Positions 15,363-24,435 of a stretch of DNA of 25,255 bases are shown here, in pieces. The translations under genes and the position numbers were made by a program. Positions within the stretch are counted from its first letter, which is position 1. Each line of letters begins with the position of its first letter. Location: contig JBDGTS010000037.1 in NCBI GenBank assembly GCA_042216675.1, positions 1-25,255 of the forward strand, written 5' to 3'. The DNA is from Halobacteriaceae archaeon (GTDB lineage Archaea > Halobacteriota > Halobacteria > Halobacteriales > Halobacteriaceae). The notes beneath the pieces were generated by a model, which saw only the letters and a program-made list of their open reading frames with translations, searched no databases and had not been told where the DNA came from.

Positions 15363-17465
15363 ATGGACCAGAAGCGCGAACTCACCAGCGTCGACCTGGT
15401 GGCCCTCGTCGGGGAACTCCGGGGCTACGTCGGCGCCACCCTCGATAAGGCCTACCTCTACGGCGACGACCTGCTGCGCCTGAAGATGCGGGACCACGAC
15501 CACGGCCGCGTGGAACTCATTCTCGAAGTCGGCGACACGAAGCGCGCACACGTCGCGGAACCGGAACACGTCCCCGCGGCGCCCGAGCGCCCGCCGGACT
15601 TCGCGAAGATGCTCCGGAACCGGATGCAGGGCGCGGACCTCGCGAGCGTCGAGCAACACGGCTTCGACCGCATCCTCACCTTCGAGTTCCGGCGCGAGGA
15701 CCAGGACACCCGCATCGTCGTGGAACTGTTCGGCGAGGGCAACATCGCGGTTCTCGACCAGAACGGCGACGTGGTCGATTGCCTGAACACCGTCCGCCTC
15801 AAATCGCGGACCGTCGCGCCCGGGGCGCCCTACGGCTATCCGACCGAGCGTCCGCGCCCCGACAAGCGCGACTTCGAGGCGTTCGCGGCGACGATGCGCG
15901 AGTCCGACACCGACGTGGTCCGGACGCTCGCGACCCAGATGGACTTCGGCGGCCTCTGGGGCGAGGAACTCTGCACCCGCGCCGGCGTCGAGAAGGCACT
16001 CGACATCGCCGACGCCACCGAGGACGACCTGCGGGCCGTCTACGACGCCGTCCAGCGACTGTTCGACGACCTCGAATCCGGCACCGACCCGCGCGTCTAC
16101 TACGAGTCCGCGGACGGCGACCGGGGCCAGCGGGTGGACGTGACCCCCGTGCCGATGGAGGAGCACGCGGACCTGCTGAGCGAACCGTTCGACGCGTTCA
16201 ACGCCGCCGTGGACGACTACTTCACGAACCTCGGCGCCACCGAAGAGGAGGAGGCCGTCGAGGAGGCGTCGGCCCGCCCGGCGTTCGAGGAGGAAATCGA
16301 GAAACAGAAGCGCATCGTCGACCAGCAGGAGGCCGCCATCGAGGACTTCGAGGAACAGGCCGAGCGCGAACGCGAGAAGGGCGAACTGCTGTACGGCAAC
16401 TACGGCGTCGTCGACGAGGTGCTGAGCACGGTGTCAGACGCCCGCGCGGCCGGCCACTCGTGGACCGACATCGAGGAAACGCTCGCCGAGGCCAAGGAAG
16501 ACGTGGAGGCCGCGGGCATCGTCCGCGGCATCGACGAGGAGGACGGCGAGGTGCGAATCGAACTCGACGGCCACGCCATCGACCTCGACCCCGAGGCGGG
16601 CGTCGAGAAGAACGCCGACTTCTACTACACCGAGGCCAAGCGCATCGAGGAGAAGAAAGCGGGCGCCGAGGAGGCAGTCGCGGAGACGCGCGCCGAACTC
16701 GAACGCCTACAAGAGAAGCGCGAGGAGTGGGCGGCCGAGGACGTCGAAGAAGAGGCCGAAGAGGAACCCGAAAACGTCGACTGGACGGCGCGCGAATCGG
16801 TCCCCATCCGCAAGCAAGAGCAGTGGTTCGAGCGCTTCCGGTGGTTCCGCACCGAGGACGACTTCCTCGTCATCGGCGGGCGCAACGCCGACCAGAACGA
16901 GGAAATCGTCGAGAAGTACATGGACCCCTACGACCGCTTCTTCCACGCACAGGCCCACGGCGGCCCGGTGACGGTGCTGAAGACGTCGGCCCCGAGCGAA
17001 CCGAGCCGCGACATCGAGGTGCCCCAGCAGTCGCTCGAGCAGGCCGCGCAGTTCGCCGTCACGTACTCCTCGGTGTGGAAGGAGGGGAAGTACAGCGGCG
17101 ACGTGTACATGGTCGACCCCGAGCAGGTGTCGAAGACGCCCGAGAGCGGCGAGTACCTCGAAACTGGCGGCTTCGCCGTGCGGGGCGAGCGCACGTACTT
17201 CGAGGACACGCCCGTCGGCTGTCTGGTCGGCCTCGCCTGCGAACCCGAGACGCGGGTGCTGGGCGGCCCACCCGCGGCCATCGAAGGCCGCGTGGAGGCG
17301 GCCGTCGAAGTCGAACCCGGCCGCTACGCACAGGGCGACGTGGCAAAGCGGGTCTACCGCCAGTTCCGCGAGGCGTTCCGCGACGAGTCGTTCGTCCGGA
17401 AAGTCGCCAGTCCGGACCGCATCCAGCACTTCCTGCCGCCGGGGACGAGCCGAATCGTCGACTGA
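15363..17465 (+). CDS. rqcH: ribosome quality control factor Rqc2/RqcH (NEMF/NFACT family)
   Basis: KRELTSVDL, FAKMLRNR, GFDRIL, ELFGEGN (NFACT-N); coiled coil with GELLY; WFERFRWF...IGGRNADQNE, FFHAQAHGGP, QVSKTPESGEYL..GGF (NFACT-R). Confidence 0.95.
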   Translation: MDQKRELTSVDLVALVGELRGYVGATLDKAYLYGDDLLRLKMRDHDHGRVELILEVGDTKRAHVAEPEHVPAAPERPPDFAKMLRNRMQGADLASVEQHGFDRILTFEFRREDQDTRIVVELFGEGNIAVLDQNGDVVDCLNTVRLKSRTVAPGAPYGYPTERPRPDKRDFEAFAATMRESDTDVVRTLATQMDFGGLWGEELCTRAGVEKALDIADATEDDLRAVYDAVQRLFDDLESGTDPRVYYESADGDRGQRVDVTPVPMEEHADLLSEPFDAFNAAVDDYFTNLGATEEEEAVEEASARPAFEEEIEKQKRIVDQQEAAIEDFEEQAEREREKGELLYGNYGVVDEVLSTVSDARAAGHSWTDIEETLAEAKEDVEAAGIVRGIDEEDGEVRIELDGHAIDLDPEAGVEKNADFYYTEAKRIEEKKAGAEEAVAETRAELERLQEKREEWAAEDVEEEAEEEPENVDWTARESVPIRKQEQWFERFRWFRTEDDFLVIGGRNADQNEEIVEKYMDPYDRFFHAQAHGGPVTVLKTSAPSEPSRDIEVPQQSLEQAAQFAVTYSSVWKEGKYSGDVYMVDPEQVSKTPESGEYLETGGFAVRGERTYFEDTPVGCLVGLACEPETRVLGGPPAAIEGRVEAAVEVEPGRYAQGDVAKRVYRQFREAFRDESFVRKVASPDRIQHFLPPGTSRIVD

Positions 17466-17526
17466 GACGCTCGCAAGGTTCGTGGCGGGGGAAACGTACT
17501 TCCCGTTCGATGCCGTGTGTTATCGT

Positions 17527-17706
17527 ATGCCACGGAACTGGCTGAAGGCCGAACTCGACCGGCGGGAGGACCGGGTGGACCGCACGGAGTTCGCGATGGC
17601 GCTGTTCAGCGTCCGCGGGCACCGCGACCGGAGCGAACAGATCGCGGCCGACATGCGCGACGACCCCGAGGACTGGCGCGAGAAGGCGCGCCGCGCGCGG
17701 CGCTGA
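17527..17706 (+). CDS. small highly charged, Arg-rich hypothetical protein (59 aa)
   Basis: ATG 17527; high-GC3 codons like the neighbouring genes; fills the rqcH-pelota gap in the same orientation. Confidence 0.68.
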   Translation: MPRNWLKAELDRREDRVDRTEFAMALFSVRGHRDRSEQIAADMRDDPEDWREKARRARR

Positions 17707-17745
17707 AAGCAGGGGACTTACGCCGCCCGCCCCCCGAGTGGCGGT

Positions 17746-18813
17746 ATGCGAATTCAGGACCGCCACCGCGTCGAGGGCGGCGGCGAGCGAATCACGCTCG
17801 TCCCCGAGAGTCTCGACGACCTGTGGCACCTCCACCACGTCCTCGAACCGGGGGACCTCGTCTCCGGCGACACGACCCGGCGGGTCCAACGCGACGAGGA
17901 GAACATGCGCGACACCGGCGGCGAACGCGAACACGTCTCCATCACGCTCTCCGTCGAGGAGGTGGAGTTCCACCGCTTCTCGAATCGCCTCCGCGTCTCC
18001 GGCGTCATCGAGTCCGCGTCCCGCGAGGACGTGGTCGGCGCACACCACACCCTCAACGTCGAGGAACACGAGGAAGTCGAGATTCAGAAGGAGTGGCAGT
18101 CCGACCAACTCGAACGCCTCGAAGACGCCGTCGCGGCCGCCGAGAACCCCGACGTGGCCATCGCCACCGTCGAGGAAGGGGAAGCCTACATCCACACCGT
18201 CGCGCAGTACGGCGTCGAGGAGCGAGCCTCGTTCACCGGCACCACGGGCAAGGGCGAGTACGCCCGCGGCCGCGAGGAACTGTTCGCGGACCTCGCGGAC
18301 GCCCTCGCCCGGATGGACGTGGACGCAATCATCCTCGCCGGCCCCGGCTTCACCAAGCGGGACGCCCGCGACTACATCGTCGAGGAGTACCCGGACCTCG
18401 ACGGCAAACTGCGCGTCGTCGACACCTCCGCGGCGGGCGGCCGGGGGGTCCACGAGGTCCTCAAGCGTGGTGCCGTCGAGGAGGTCCAAGACGAGACGCG
18501 CATCGCCGAGGAGGCGGAACTCATCGACGACCTGATGGAGCGCATCCACGCCGGCGAGAAGGGCGCCTACGGCATCGAGCAGGTGGCCGAGGCCGCCGAG
18601 TTCGGCGCCGTCGAGACGCTGTTGGTCCTCGACGAGCGACTCAGAGAGGAGCGCGGGGACCGCGGCGAGTGGGACGTGGACGCCAACGACCTCATCGAAC
18701 AGGTCGAACAGCAGGGCGGCGAAGTCGTCGTCTTCTCGGGGGACTTCGAACCCGGCCAACGTCTGCGGAACCTCGGCGGCGTGGCTGCGCTCCTCCGCTA
18801 CCGCCTCCAGTGA
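17746..18813 (+). CDS. pelA: mRNA surveillance / ribosome rescue protein pelota (Dom34)
   Basis: [61 protein letters not shown]. Confidence 0.96.
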   Translation: MRIQDRHRVEGGGERITLVPESLDDLWHLHHVLEPGDLVSGDTTRRVQRDEENMRDTGGEREHVSITLSVEEVEFHRFSNRLRVSGVIESASREDVVGAHHTLNVEEHEEVEIQKEWQSDQLERLEDAVAAAENPDVAIATVEEGEAYIHTVAQYGVEERASFTGTTGKGEYARGREELFADLADALARMDVDAIILAGPGFTKRDARDYIVEEYPDLDGKLRVVDTSAAGGRGVHEVLKRGAVEEVQDETRIAEEAELIDDLMERIHAGEKGAYGIEQVAEAAEFGAVETLLVLDERLREERGDRGEWDVDANDLIEQVEQQGGEVVVFSGDFEPGQRLRNLGGVAALLRYRLQ

Positions 18814-18814
18814 C

Positions 18815-19540
18815 TCAGACCGCGACGGTCAGACCGTCGCGGGCCACCTCGACGGTGCCGTCGTAGCGCTCTCGCACCGACGCGACCAGTTCCTCGTGGC
18901 GCCCCTCGGTCTGTGGGTAGAGGTGCGTGAGATACACCGTGCCGTAGTCGTGGCCGGCGAGTGCGTTGCCGAGCATCGCTGGCGTCGTGTGGTTCTCGGC
19001 GGTAACGTCGTCCGGAAACGAGCACTCGTGGACGAACACCGTGGAGCCGTCGGCGAAGTCCGCCAGCGACTCTACGGGTTCGGTGTCGCCGCTCACCGTC
19101 AGGTCGTCGATGCGGTACGCGAAACACTGCGTCGAGTGGCGGGTCTCCGTCGCGCGAACCGAGAAGTCGGCGACGGCGAACTGCCCGGGGCCGACTTCGC
19201 GCACCTCCACGTCGACGCGGCCCCGGAGGTAGTCGTGGGCGTCGAGGGCGCCGTCGAGGAGACCGCGCGTCCCCGGCGGCCCGACGACGGGGAGCGTGTC
19301 GCAGTCGGCCAGCCAGCGGGCCTTCAGGAGTGGGAGGAGGTCCGCGACGTGGTCGAGATGGTGGTGACTCAACAGCACCGCGTCGAGGCCTGCGTAGCCC
19401 ACGTCCGTCTCGGCGAGGGCCGAGAGGACGCCGCTCCCGCAGTCCACGAGGAGGGCGCCCTCGCCGCGGACGAGGAGCCCCGTCTGCGCCCGGCCGCCGG
19501 GGACCATCGCGCTCCCGGTGCCGAGAGAGGTGCAGTCCAT
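18815..19540 (-). CDS. metallo-beta-lactamase fold hydrolase, RNase Z/ElaC-like short form
   Basis: LGTGS, LLVDCGSG, SHHHLDH, SGDT, HECSF, NHTTP, LTHLYP; start ATG 19540. Confidence 0.9.
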   Translation of the reverse strand: MDCTSLGTGSAMVPGGRAQTGLLVRGEGALLVDCGSGVLSALAETDVGYAGLDAVLLSHHHLDHVADLLPLLKARWLADCDTLPVVGPPGTRGLLDGALDAHDYLRGRVDVEVREVGPGQFAVADFSVRATETRHSTQCFAYRIDDLTVSGDTEPVESLADFADGSTVFVHECSFPDDVTAENHTTPAMLGNALAGHDYGTVYLTHLYPQTEGRHEELVASVRERYDGTVEVARDGLTVAV

Positions 19541-19572
19541 GTGCGGGGGGTGAACCCGCCGGTGTAAAACGG

Positions 19573-22227
19573 TTAGCCACTCCGGGCCCACGCGAGCATC
19601 CGCTCGTAGAGCGGGTCGGATTCGAGGGCCTCGGGGTCCCCGACGAGGCAAAGCGAGCGCTTCGCCCGCGTCAGCGCGACGTTCAGGCGCCGGTGGTCCT
19701 CGAAAATCGGGCCGTCGAGCGTCTCCGTAGCGACGAGCGACAGGACGATGACCTCCTCGCTGGAGCCTTGAAATCGGTCGACGGTGTCGGCCGTCACGCC
19801 CTCGGGGAGGCGGCGCGCGAGTTCGGCCACCTGCGCACGGAACGGCGCGATGACGCCCACGTCGGCGGGGTCGACGCCCGCGGCGAGGTACGCGTCCACG
19901 ACGTCCGCGACCCGTTCGGCCTCCTCTGCGTCGGTGTGAGCGGCGTCGGTGCCCTGCACCGGATGGACGGAGACTGGGTCGCGCAAGTCCGGCGAAAGTG
20001 CCTCAGCGTCGGCGATGTCCCCGATGGCGCGGCCGGCAACCTCGGCGCTCGCCGGACGGAGCGACCCGTCGTAGAACTCCCGGGACGGGAACGCCTGAAT
20101 CCGCTGAGCCATCCGGTACTGCCGGTCGAGCATCGTCGCGGCCTCGGGATGCTCGTCCACGAGGCGCGCGAACAGCGAGCGGTCCATCTCCGCCTCGCGG
20201 ACGACGGGCGGCAGTTGCTCGTGGTCCCCGACGAGGACGAAGCGGTCGGCGCGGTTCAGCGCCGCCAGCGTGTCGGGTTCGGTGAGTTGCGACGCCTCGT
20301 CCACGACGGCCACGTCGAAGGACTGCTCGCGCATCATCCGCGACCCGCAGGTGGCCGTCGTGGCACCGACGACGGCGGCGGACCCGAGCGTCTCGGCCTG
20401 TTCGCCCGGATCGCCCTGCGCGTCGAGGCGGGAGGACTGCATGTCCGGGCGCACACCGGTGTCGGTGCCGACGCGCACGAAGTCGTCGTAGCCCTGCCCC
20501 CGGAGTGCGTCGAGTGCGTTGTCCACCGCGCGGTTCGTGAACGCCGCGAGCAGAACCCTGTCGCCGCGCGCGACGAGTTCGCGGACGATGCGGGCGATTG
20601 TGTACGTCTTGCCCGTCCCCGGCGGGCCGTGGACGAGCGAGTAGTCCTCGGCGGCGAGGGCCTGTCGCACCGCCTCGTCCTGTGCGGGGTTGTTGTCGAC
20701 GAACGTCCCCTCCACGTCGCCGAACTCGGGGGCGGCGTCGTCGAACAGGACCGCCTTGCGGCGCGCGTCGCCCTTCAGTACTGCGTCGTGGAGCGACGTT
20801 ATCATCCGGTCGACGGAGAGTTCCGAGGGGTAGACGTCGACGCGGCGGAGTTCGAGGGGGTCGTCGGCCGTGACGACGACTTCCGCGGCGGAGAGACGCT
20901 CGATTCGCACGAGCGCGGTGTCGCCGTACACCGGGTCGCCGTCGCTGGCGAGGACGGTGTCACCCTCTCTGATTTTCGAGGCCGTCGGCTCCGGGCGGGC
21001 GGCGGTGAGGCGCCAGCGGCCGTCGCGGGTCTGCTCGCGGTCCGTCGGCTCCAAGTCGACGATGGCTCTGTCGTCGGCCGCGCGTTCCGCGGGCGACTGC
21101 TCCCACAGTTTCGCGTACTCGCGGTGGACGGCGCGGCGTTCGGTCTCGACGCGGCCGTACCAGTCCGCGAAGTACTCTCGCTCCACCGCGGGGAGCGCCG
21201 ATCCGACTTTGCCGGCTTTCGACTCCTGATCGAGGCGGCCCGAGACGACCATGCAGGTGTCCTGTTCGAAGCAGTACTCACAGACGGCGTCGGCCTCGTT
21301 CCCGGTGGGGACGGTGCCCGAGACGGCCATCGCCACGAGTTCGTTGCGGGAGCGGACGACGAACGCCAGCAGGCCGTGACCGATGGAGAACTCCTTGGCC
21401 GGCGAGAGGTCACCGGACTCCTCGGTCCGGTCCACGGCGGCGTTCTTCGTGTAGAGCAGGGTGCCGGTGTCGGCGTACACGTCGCGTTCGCGGAGCATCA
21501 GCGCGTAGCACGCCGCCTGCACCTTGTCGTGGAAGCGTGGCTCTCTGCGGGTGTTCTTGCCAGTCTTGAGTTCGACCGGCATCCCCCGCCGGATGGCGTC
21601 GGCGCGGCCCTTCATCCCGAACGTGGGGCTGAGAAGCGTCTCCTCGGACTGCCACTCGTCGTCCTCGGTGAGGGTCCCTTGCGAGAGCCACCCCTCGATG
21701 GCGGTGGCGTGTTGCCGGACCTCTTCGCGGACGCTCTCGAGGTCCTCGCCCAACAGGCCGAGTTCGAGGCCCGCCTCTGTCACTCGCTCCGCGACCGATT
21801 CCTCGACGTCGCGGCCCCGGAGCAAGTCGCCGAACACTTCGTGGACGATTGTCCCCTTCGTCACCGGGTACGCGAGGGGGACCCCGCCGAGGCCGTTGAG
21901 ATATTCGAGTCGCGGGCACTGCACCCACGAGCGCACGTCCGTCACGTCCACGAGGTAGTCCGGTTCGAGGACGACGAAGGAGTCCGGCGTCGTCGCGTAC
22001 TGCGTCTCGCCCCGGAACTCGCGCTCCTCGGCATCGGTGACGAGCAGTTCCATGCCGACTTCCGCGCTCTCGGCCGTCTCGGTCCAGTCGCCCCACAGCG
22101 TGACGGTGACGGGGGCGCTCGCGCCGCGGTCCGGGCGGACGGTCACTTCCGCGAGGTCCCGGGCGCCGCCGCTGGTGTCGACGGTCCGGGGTTCATCGAC
22201 GCCGACCACGACGCCGCGGAGTTGCAC
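19573..22227 (-). CDS. dna2: Dna2-like nuclease-helicase (OB fold, Fe-S PD-(D/E)xK nuclease, SF1 helicase)
   Basis: CPR, GTIVHEVF, GRADA, VELKTGK, QAACY, CEYC...C; GPPGTGKT, DEASQ, VGDHEQLPP, QYRM, TVDRFQG, RLNVALTRAK; GTG 22227 has a T-rich box about 27 nt upstream. Confidence 0.9.
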   Translation of the reverse strand: MQLRGVVVGVDEPRTVDTSGGARDLAEVTVRPDRGASAPVTVTLWGDWTETAESAEVGMELLVTDAEEREFRGETQYATTPDSFVVLEPDYLVDVTDVRSWVQCPRLEYLNGLGGVPLAYPVTKGTIVHEVFGDLLRGRDVEESVAERVTEAGLELGLLGEDLESVREEVRQHATAIEGWLSQGTLTEDDEWQSEETLLSPTFGMKGRADAIRRGMPVELKTGKNTRREPRFHDKVQAACYALMLRERDVYADTGTLLYTKNAAVDRTEESGDLSPAKEFSIGHGLLAFVVRSRNELVAMAVSGTVPTGNEADAVCEYCFEQDTCMVVSGRLDQESKAGKVGSALPAVEREYFADWYGRVETERRAVHREYAKLWEQSPAERAADDRAIVDLEPTDREQTRDGRWRLTAARPEPTASKIREGDTVLASDGDPVYGDTALVRIERLSAAEVVVTADDPLELRRVDVYPSELSVDRMITSLHDAVLKGDARRKAVLFDDAAPEFGDVEGTFVDNNPAQDEAVRQALAAEDYSLVHGPPGTGKTYTIARIVRELVARGDRVLLAAFTNRAVDNALDALRGQGYDDFVRVGTDTGVRPDMQSSRLDAQGDPGEQAETLGSAAVVGATTATCGSRMMREQSFDVAVVDEASQLTEPDTLAALNRADRFVLVGDHEQLPPVVREAEMDRSLFARLVDEHPEAATMLDRQYRMAQRIQAFPSREFYDGSLRPASAEVAGRAIGDIADAEALSPDLRDPVSVHPVQGTDAAHTDAEEAERVADVVDAYLAAGVDPADVGVIAPFRAQVAELARRLPEGVTADTVDRFQGSSEEVIVLSLVATETLDGPIFEDHRRLNVALTRAKRSLCLVGDPEALESDPLYERMLAWARSG

Positions 22228-22313
22228 GCAGGGGGACAGCGGCCCGGCGCGAAAAACCTTGTCGGTCACGGTGGGGCGGTATCCTTTTACTTCGGAAACC
22301 CCCACTACCGGAT

Positions 22314-23204
22314 ATGCGACATGTAGGCCTCAAACTGCGAATGCTGGTCGTCGGCGCCATACTCACGGCCTTTTACCTGTTCGTGGCCGGCGTCGGCTAC
22401 CTGCTGACGGGCAGTTGGGTTCTCGTCGCCCTCCTGTCTCTCGGCTTCATCGGCTTCCAGTACAAAATCGGGAAGTGGGCGGCGCTGAAGAGCGTCGGCG
22501 CCGAGGACATGGACGAGGGCGAGTACCCACAGATTCACCGGACAGTGGAGCAACTCAGCCGCGACATGAAAATCGACAAGCCGCGGCTGATGGTCGCCGA
22601 CATGGGCGTCCCCAACGCCTTCGCCGTCGGCCGGAAGGGCGCGGGGACGGTGGTCGTCTCCCGCGAACTGATGGGGATTCTGGAAGCCGACGAACTCGAG
22701 GGCGTCCTCGCCCACGAACTCGCGCACATCCGGAACCGCGACGTGGTGATGATGGTGATGGGCCAGAGCGTCGCGGCGATGCTCGGGATGGCCGCCCAGT
22801 TCGCCATCCTGTTCTCCGGGGACTCCGACCTCGGGGACTTCTTCATGGCGATGATCGTCGGGAACCTCGTGCAGTTGGTCGGGATGGTGTTCGTCTTCGC
22901 CATCTCGCGCTACCGCGAGTACGTGGCCGACGCCGACGCGAAGGAGGCCATCGGCTCCGGCGACCCCCTCGCCCGAGCGCTGGAGAAGATTTCGCAGGGC
23001 AACGAACGGGCACAGGCGCAGGCGACGAGTCACGGCCGGGGCCGTGGACGCGGCCGCGGTCGGGGCCGCAGTCAGCAACAACCCGGCGTCGACGAGAAAG
23101 TGAGCGCCCTCTGTATCTTCGACGGCAAGCGCGGCGTGATGTCGAAACTGATGGCGACGCATCCGCCCGTCGAGAAGCGCATCGAGCGTCTGCGCTCGAC
23201 CTGA
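22314..23204 (+). CDS. htpX: M48-family zinc metalloprotease HtpX
   Basis: Two N-terminal TM helices, PNAFAVG, GVLAHELAH, SRYREYVAD, LARALEKI, THPPVEKRI. Confidence 0.93.
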   Translation: MRHVGLKLRMLVVGAILTAFYLFVAGVGYLLTGSWVLVALLSLGFIGFQYKIGKWAALKSVGAEDMDEGEYPQIHRTVEQLSRDMKIDKPRLMVADMGVPNAFAVGRKGAGTVVVSRELMGILEADELEGVLAHELAHIRNRDVVMMVMGQSVAAMLGMAAQFAILFSGDSDLGDFFMAMIVGNLVQLVGMVFVFAISRYREYVADADAKEAIGSGDPLARALEKISQGNERAQAQATSHGRGRGRGRGRGRSQQQPGVDEKVSALCIFDGKRGVMSKLMATHPPVEKRIERLRST

Positions 23205-23285
23205 CCGCCACAACGCTTTTTCCGATTCGGGCCCGGATTTCCTGACGGTATCGGCAGACGACGAGACCCCTTCTCCCGTCCAACC

Positions 23286-23591
23286 ATGGTTCAGCGAGCG
23301 GACTTCACCACGTTCATCTCGCTGCTTCGGCTGGACGAACCGAACGTACAGAACGTGCAGGAACTCGCCGACGCGTGGGGGACGATTCGGCGCGAACTCG
23401 ACGAGGTGGGCGTCGACGTGCAGGAGGCGTTCGCCGCGCTCGGCGAGGTGGACTTCGTCGTCATCTACGAGGCGCCGAACGGCGACGCGGCGTTCCAAGC
23501 CGACGTGGTGATGGAGCGCCACGGCTTCAACGTCCAGACGCTCGAAGCCACGCCGACGGATCGGTTCGCCGACCTCGTGGCGGACGTGTAG
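23286..23591 (+). CDS. GYD-domain protein
   Basis: 101 aa; ALGEVDFVVIYEAP corresponds to the G-x-Y-D motif region; C-terminal QTLEA. Confidence 0.78.
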   Translation: MVQRADFTTFISLLRLDEPNVQNVQELADAWGTIRRELDEVGVDVQEAFAALGEVDFVVIYEAPNGDAAFQADVVMERHGFNVQTLEATPTDRFADLVADV

Positions 23592-24344
23592 TCAGCGCGC
23601 GTCGGCGACGGCGCGGGCGATGAGACCGGCCTGTGCGCCCGCGACGTAGCCCGCGTCCACGTTCACCGTCGAGAGGACCGTACAGGACTGGAGCATCCCG
23701 TGGAGGGCCGCCCGGCCCTCGCCGCCGACGCCGTAGCCGGAAGCGACGGGGAGGCCGATGACGGGGGTGTCGACGAGGCCCGCGACGACGGTCGGGAGTG
23801 CGCCCTCCCGGCCCGCGGCGACGACGAGGACGTCGGCGGCGCGGAGCGCCCCGACTTGGTCGGTGATGCGGGTGAGGTTGGCGACGCCCACGTCGGCGAT
23901 TCGCTCCACGGTGGCGCCCATCTCCGCGACGACGGCCGCCGCCTCCCCCGCGGGCACGGCGTCGGCGGTGCCACCGGTGACGATTGTCACCGTCGCGTCG
24001 AGGGCGGGCGCCTCGAAGTCCGGGCCGTGGACGACGACGACGCCGGCGCGTTCGCGGTGGTCCACGCGGGCGTCGGGGCCGAACTCCGCCTCGACGGCGG
24101 CCACGTCGTCCGCATCGGCCCGCGTGACCAGCGCCCTGCCCGTCGTCTCCACCGCCGCGGCCGCGAGCGTCGCGACTTCGGCGGGCGTCTTCCCCTCGGC
24201 GTAGATGCCCTCGGGGACGCCCCGCCGGGTCTCGCGGGCCGCGTCGAAGCGCCCGGCCTCGGTGGTCGCATAGCCTGCCAGCGCCGCCTCCGCCTCGGCG
24301 ACGGAGATGTCGCCCTCGGCGAGTGCCTCCAGCGTGTCGCGCAT
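23592..24344 (-). CDS. larB: LarB-family (PurE-like) nickel-pincer cofactor biosynthesis protein
   Basis: RETRRGVPEGIYAEGKT, GGTADAVPAGEA, DVGVA, AGREGALPTVVAGL, PVASGYG, MLQSC, VNVDAGY; start ATG 24344. Confidence 0.9.
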   Translation of the reverse strand: MRDTLEALAEGDISVAEAEAALAGYATTEAGRFDAARETRRGVPEGIYAEGKTPAEVATLAAAAVETTGRALVTRADADDVAAVEAEFGPDARVDHRERAGVVVVHGPDFEAPALDATVTIVTGGTADAVPAGEAAAVVAEMGATVERIADVGVANLTRITDQVGALRAADVLVVAAGREGALPTVVAGLVDTPVIGLPVASGYGVGGEGRAALHGMLQSCTVLSTVNVDAGYVAGAQAGLIARAVADAR

Positions 24345-24435
24345 ACTCGCGGGTCGGCGGCCACCCTCAAAAGGGCCGCGGGCACGCATCGCCGCGACCG
24401 ACATTTTCTTTCCGAAGTGCTTCCCATCCCCGCGT

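Noticed and set aside
17489-17504. GGGAA-N6-TTCCC palindrome upstream of the 59-aa ORF
   Set aside because: The arms are only 5 bp and it occurs once; it cannot be told from chance without conservation data.
21250-21930. Cas4-like PD-(D/E)xK Fe-S nuclease domain suggesting CRISPR adaptation or a defence system
   Set aside because: It is the nuclease module of the Dna2-like fusion; there is no cas1/cas2, repeat-spacer array or defence-island context.
19330-22326. 998-aa plus-strand ORF and other long Arg/Pro/Gly-rich ORFs (e.g. 15779..17545, 3002..4606, 17059..18759)
   Set aside because: These are shadow frames expected at high GC; they lack motifs, have non-halophilic composition and overlap well-supported genes.
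5895-24344. nadC, panB and larB as a cofactor-biosynthesis cluster
   Set aside because: They are spread over about 18 kb, separated by unrelated genes, with no shared regulatory motif seen.
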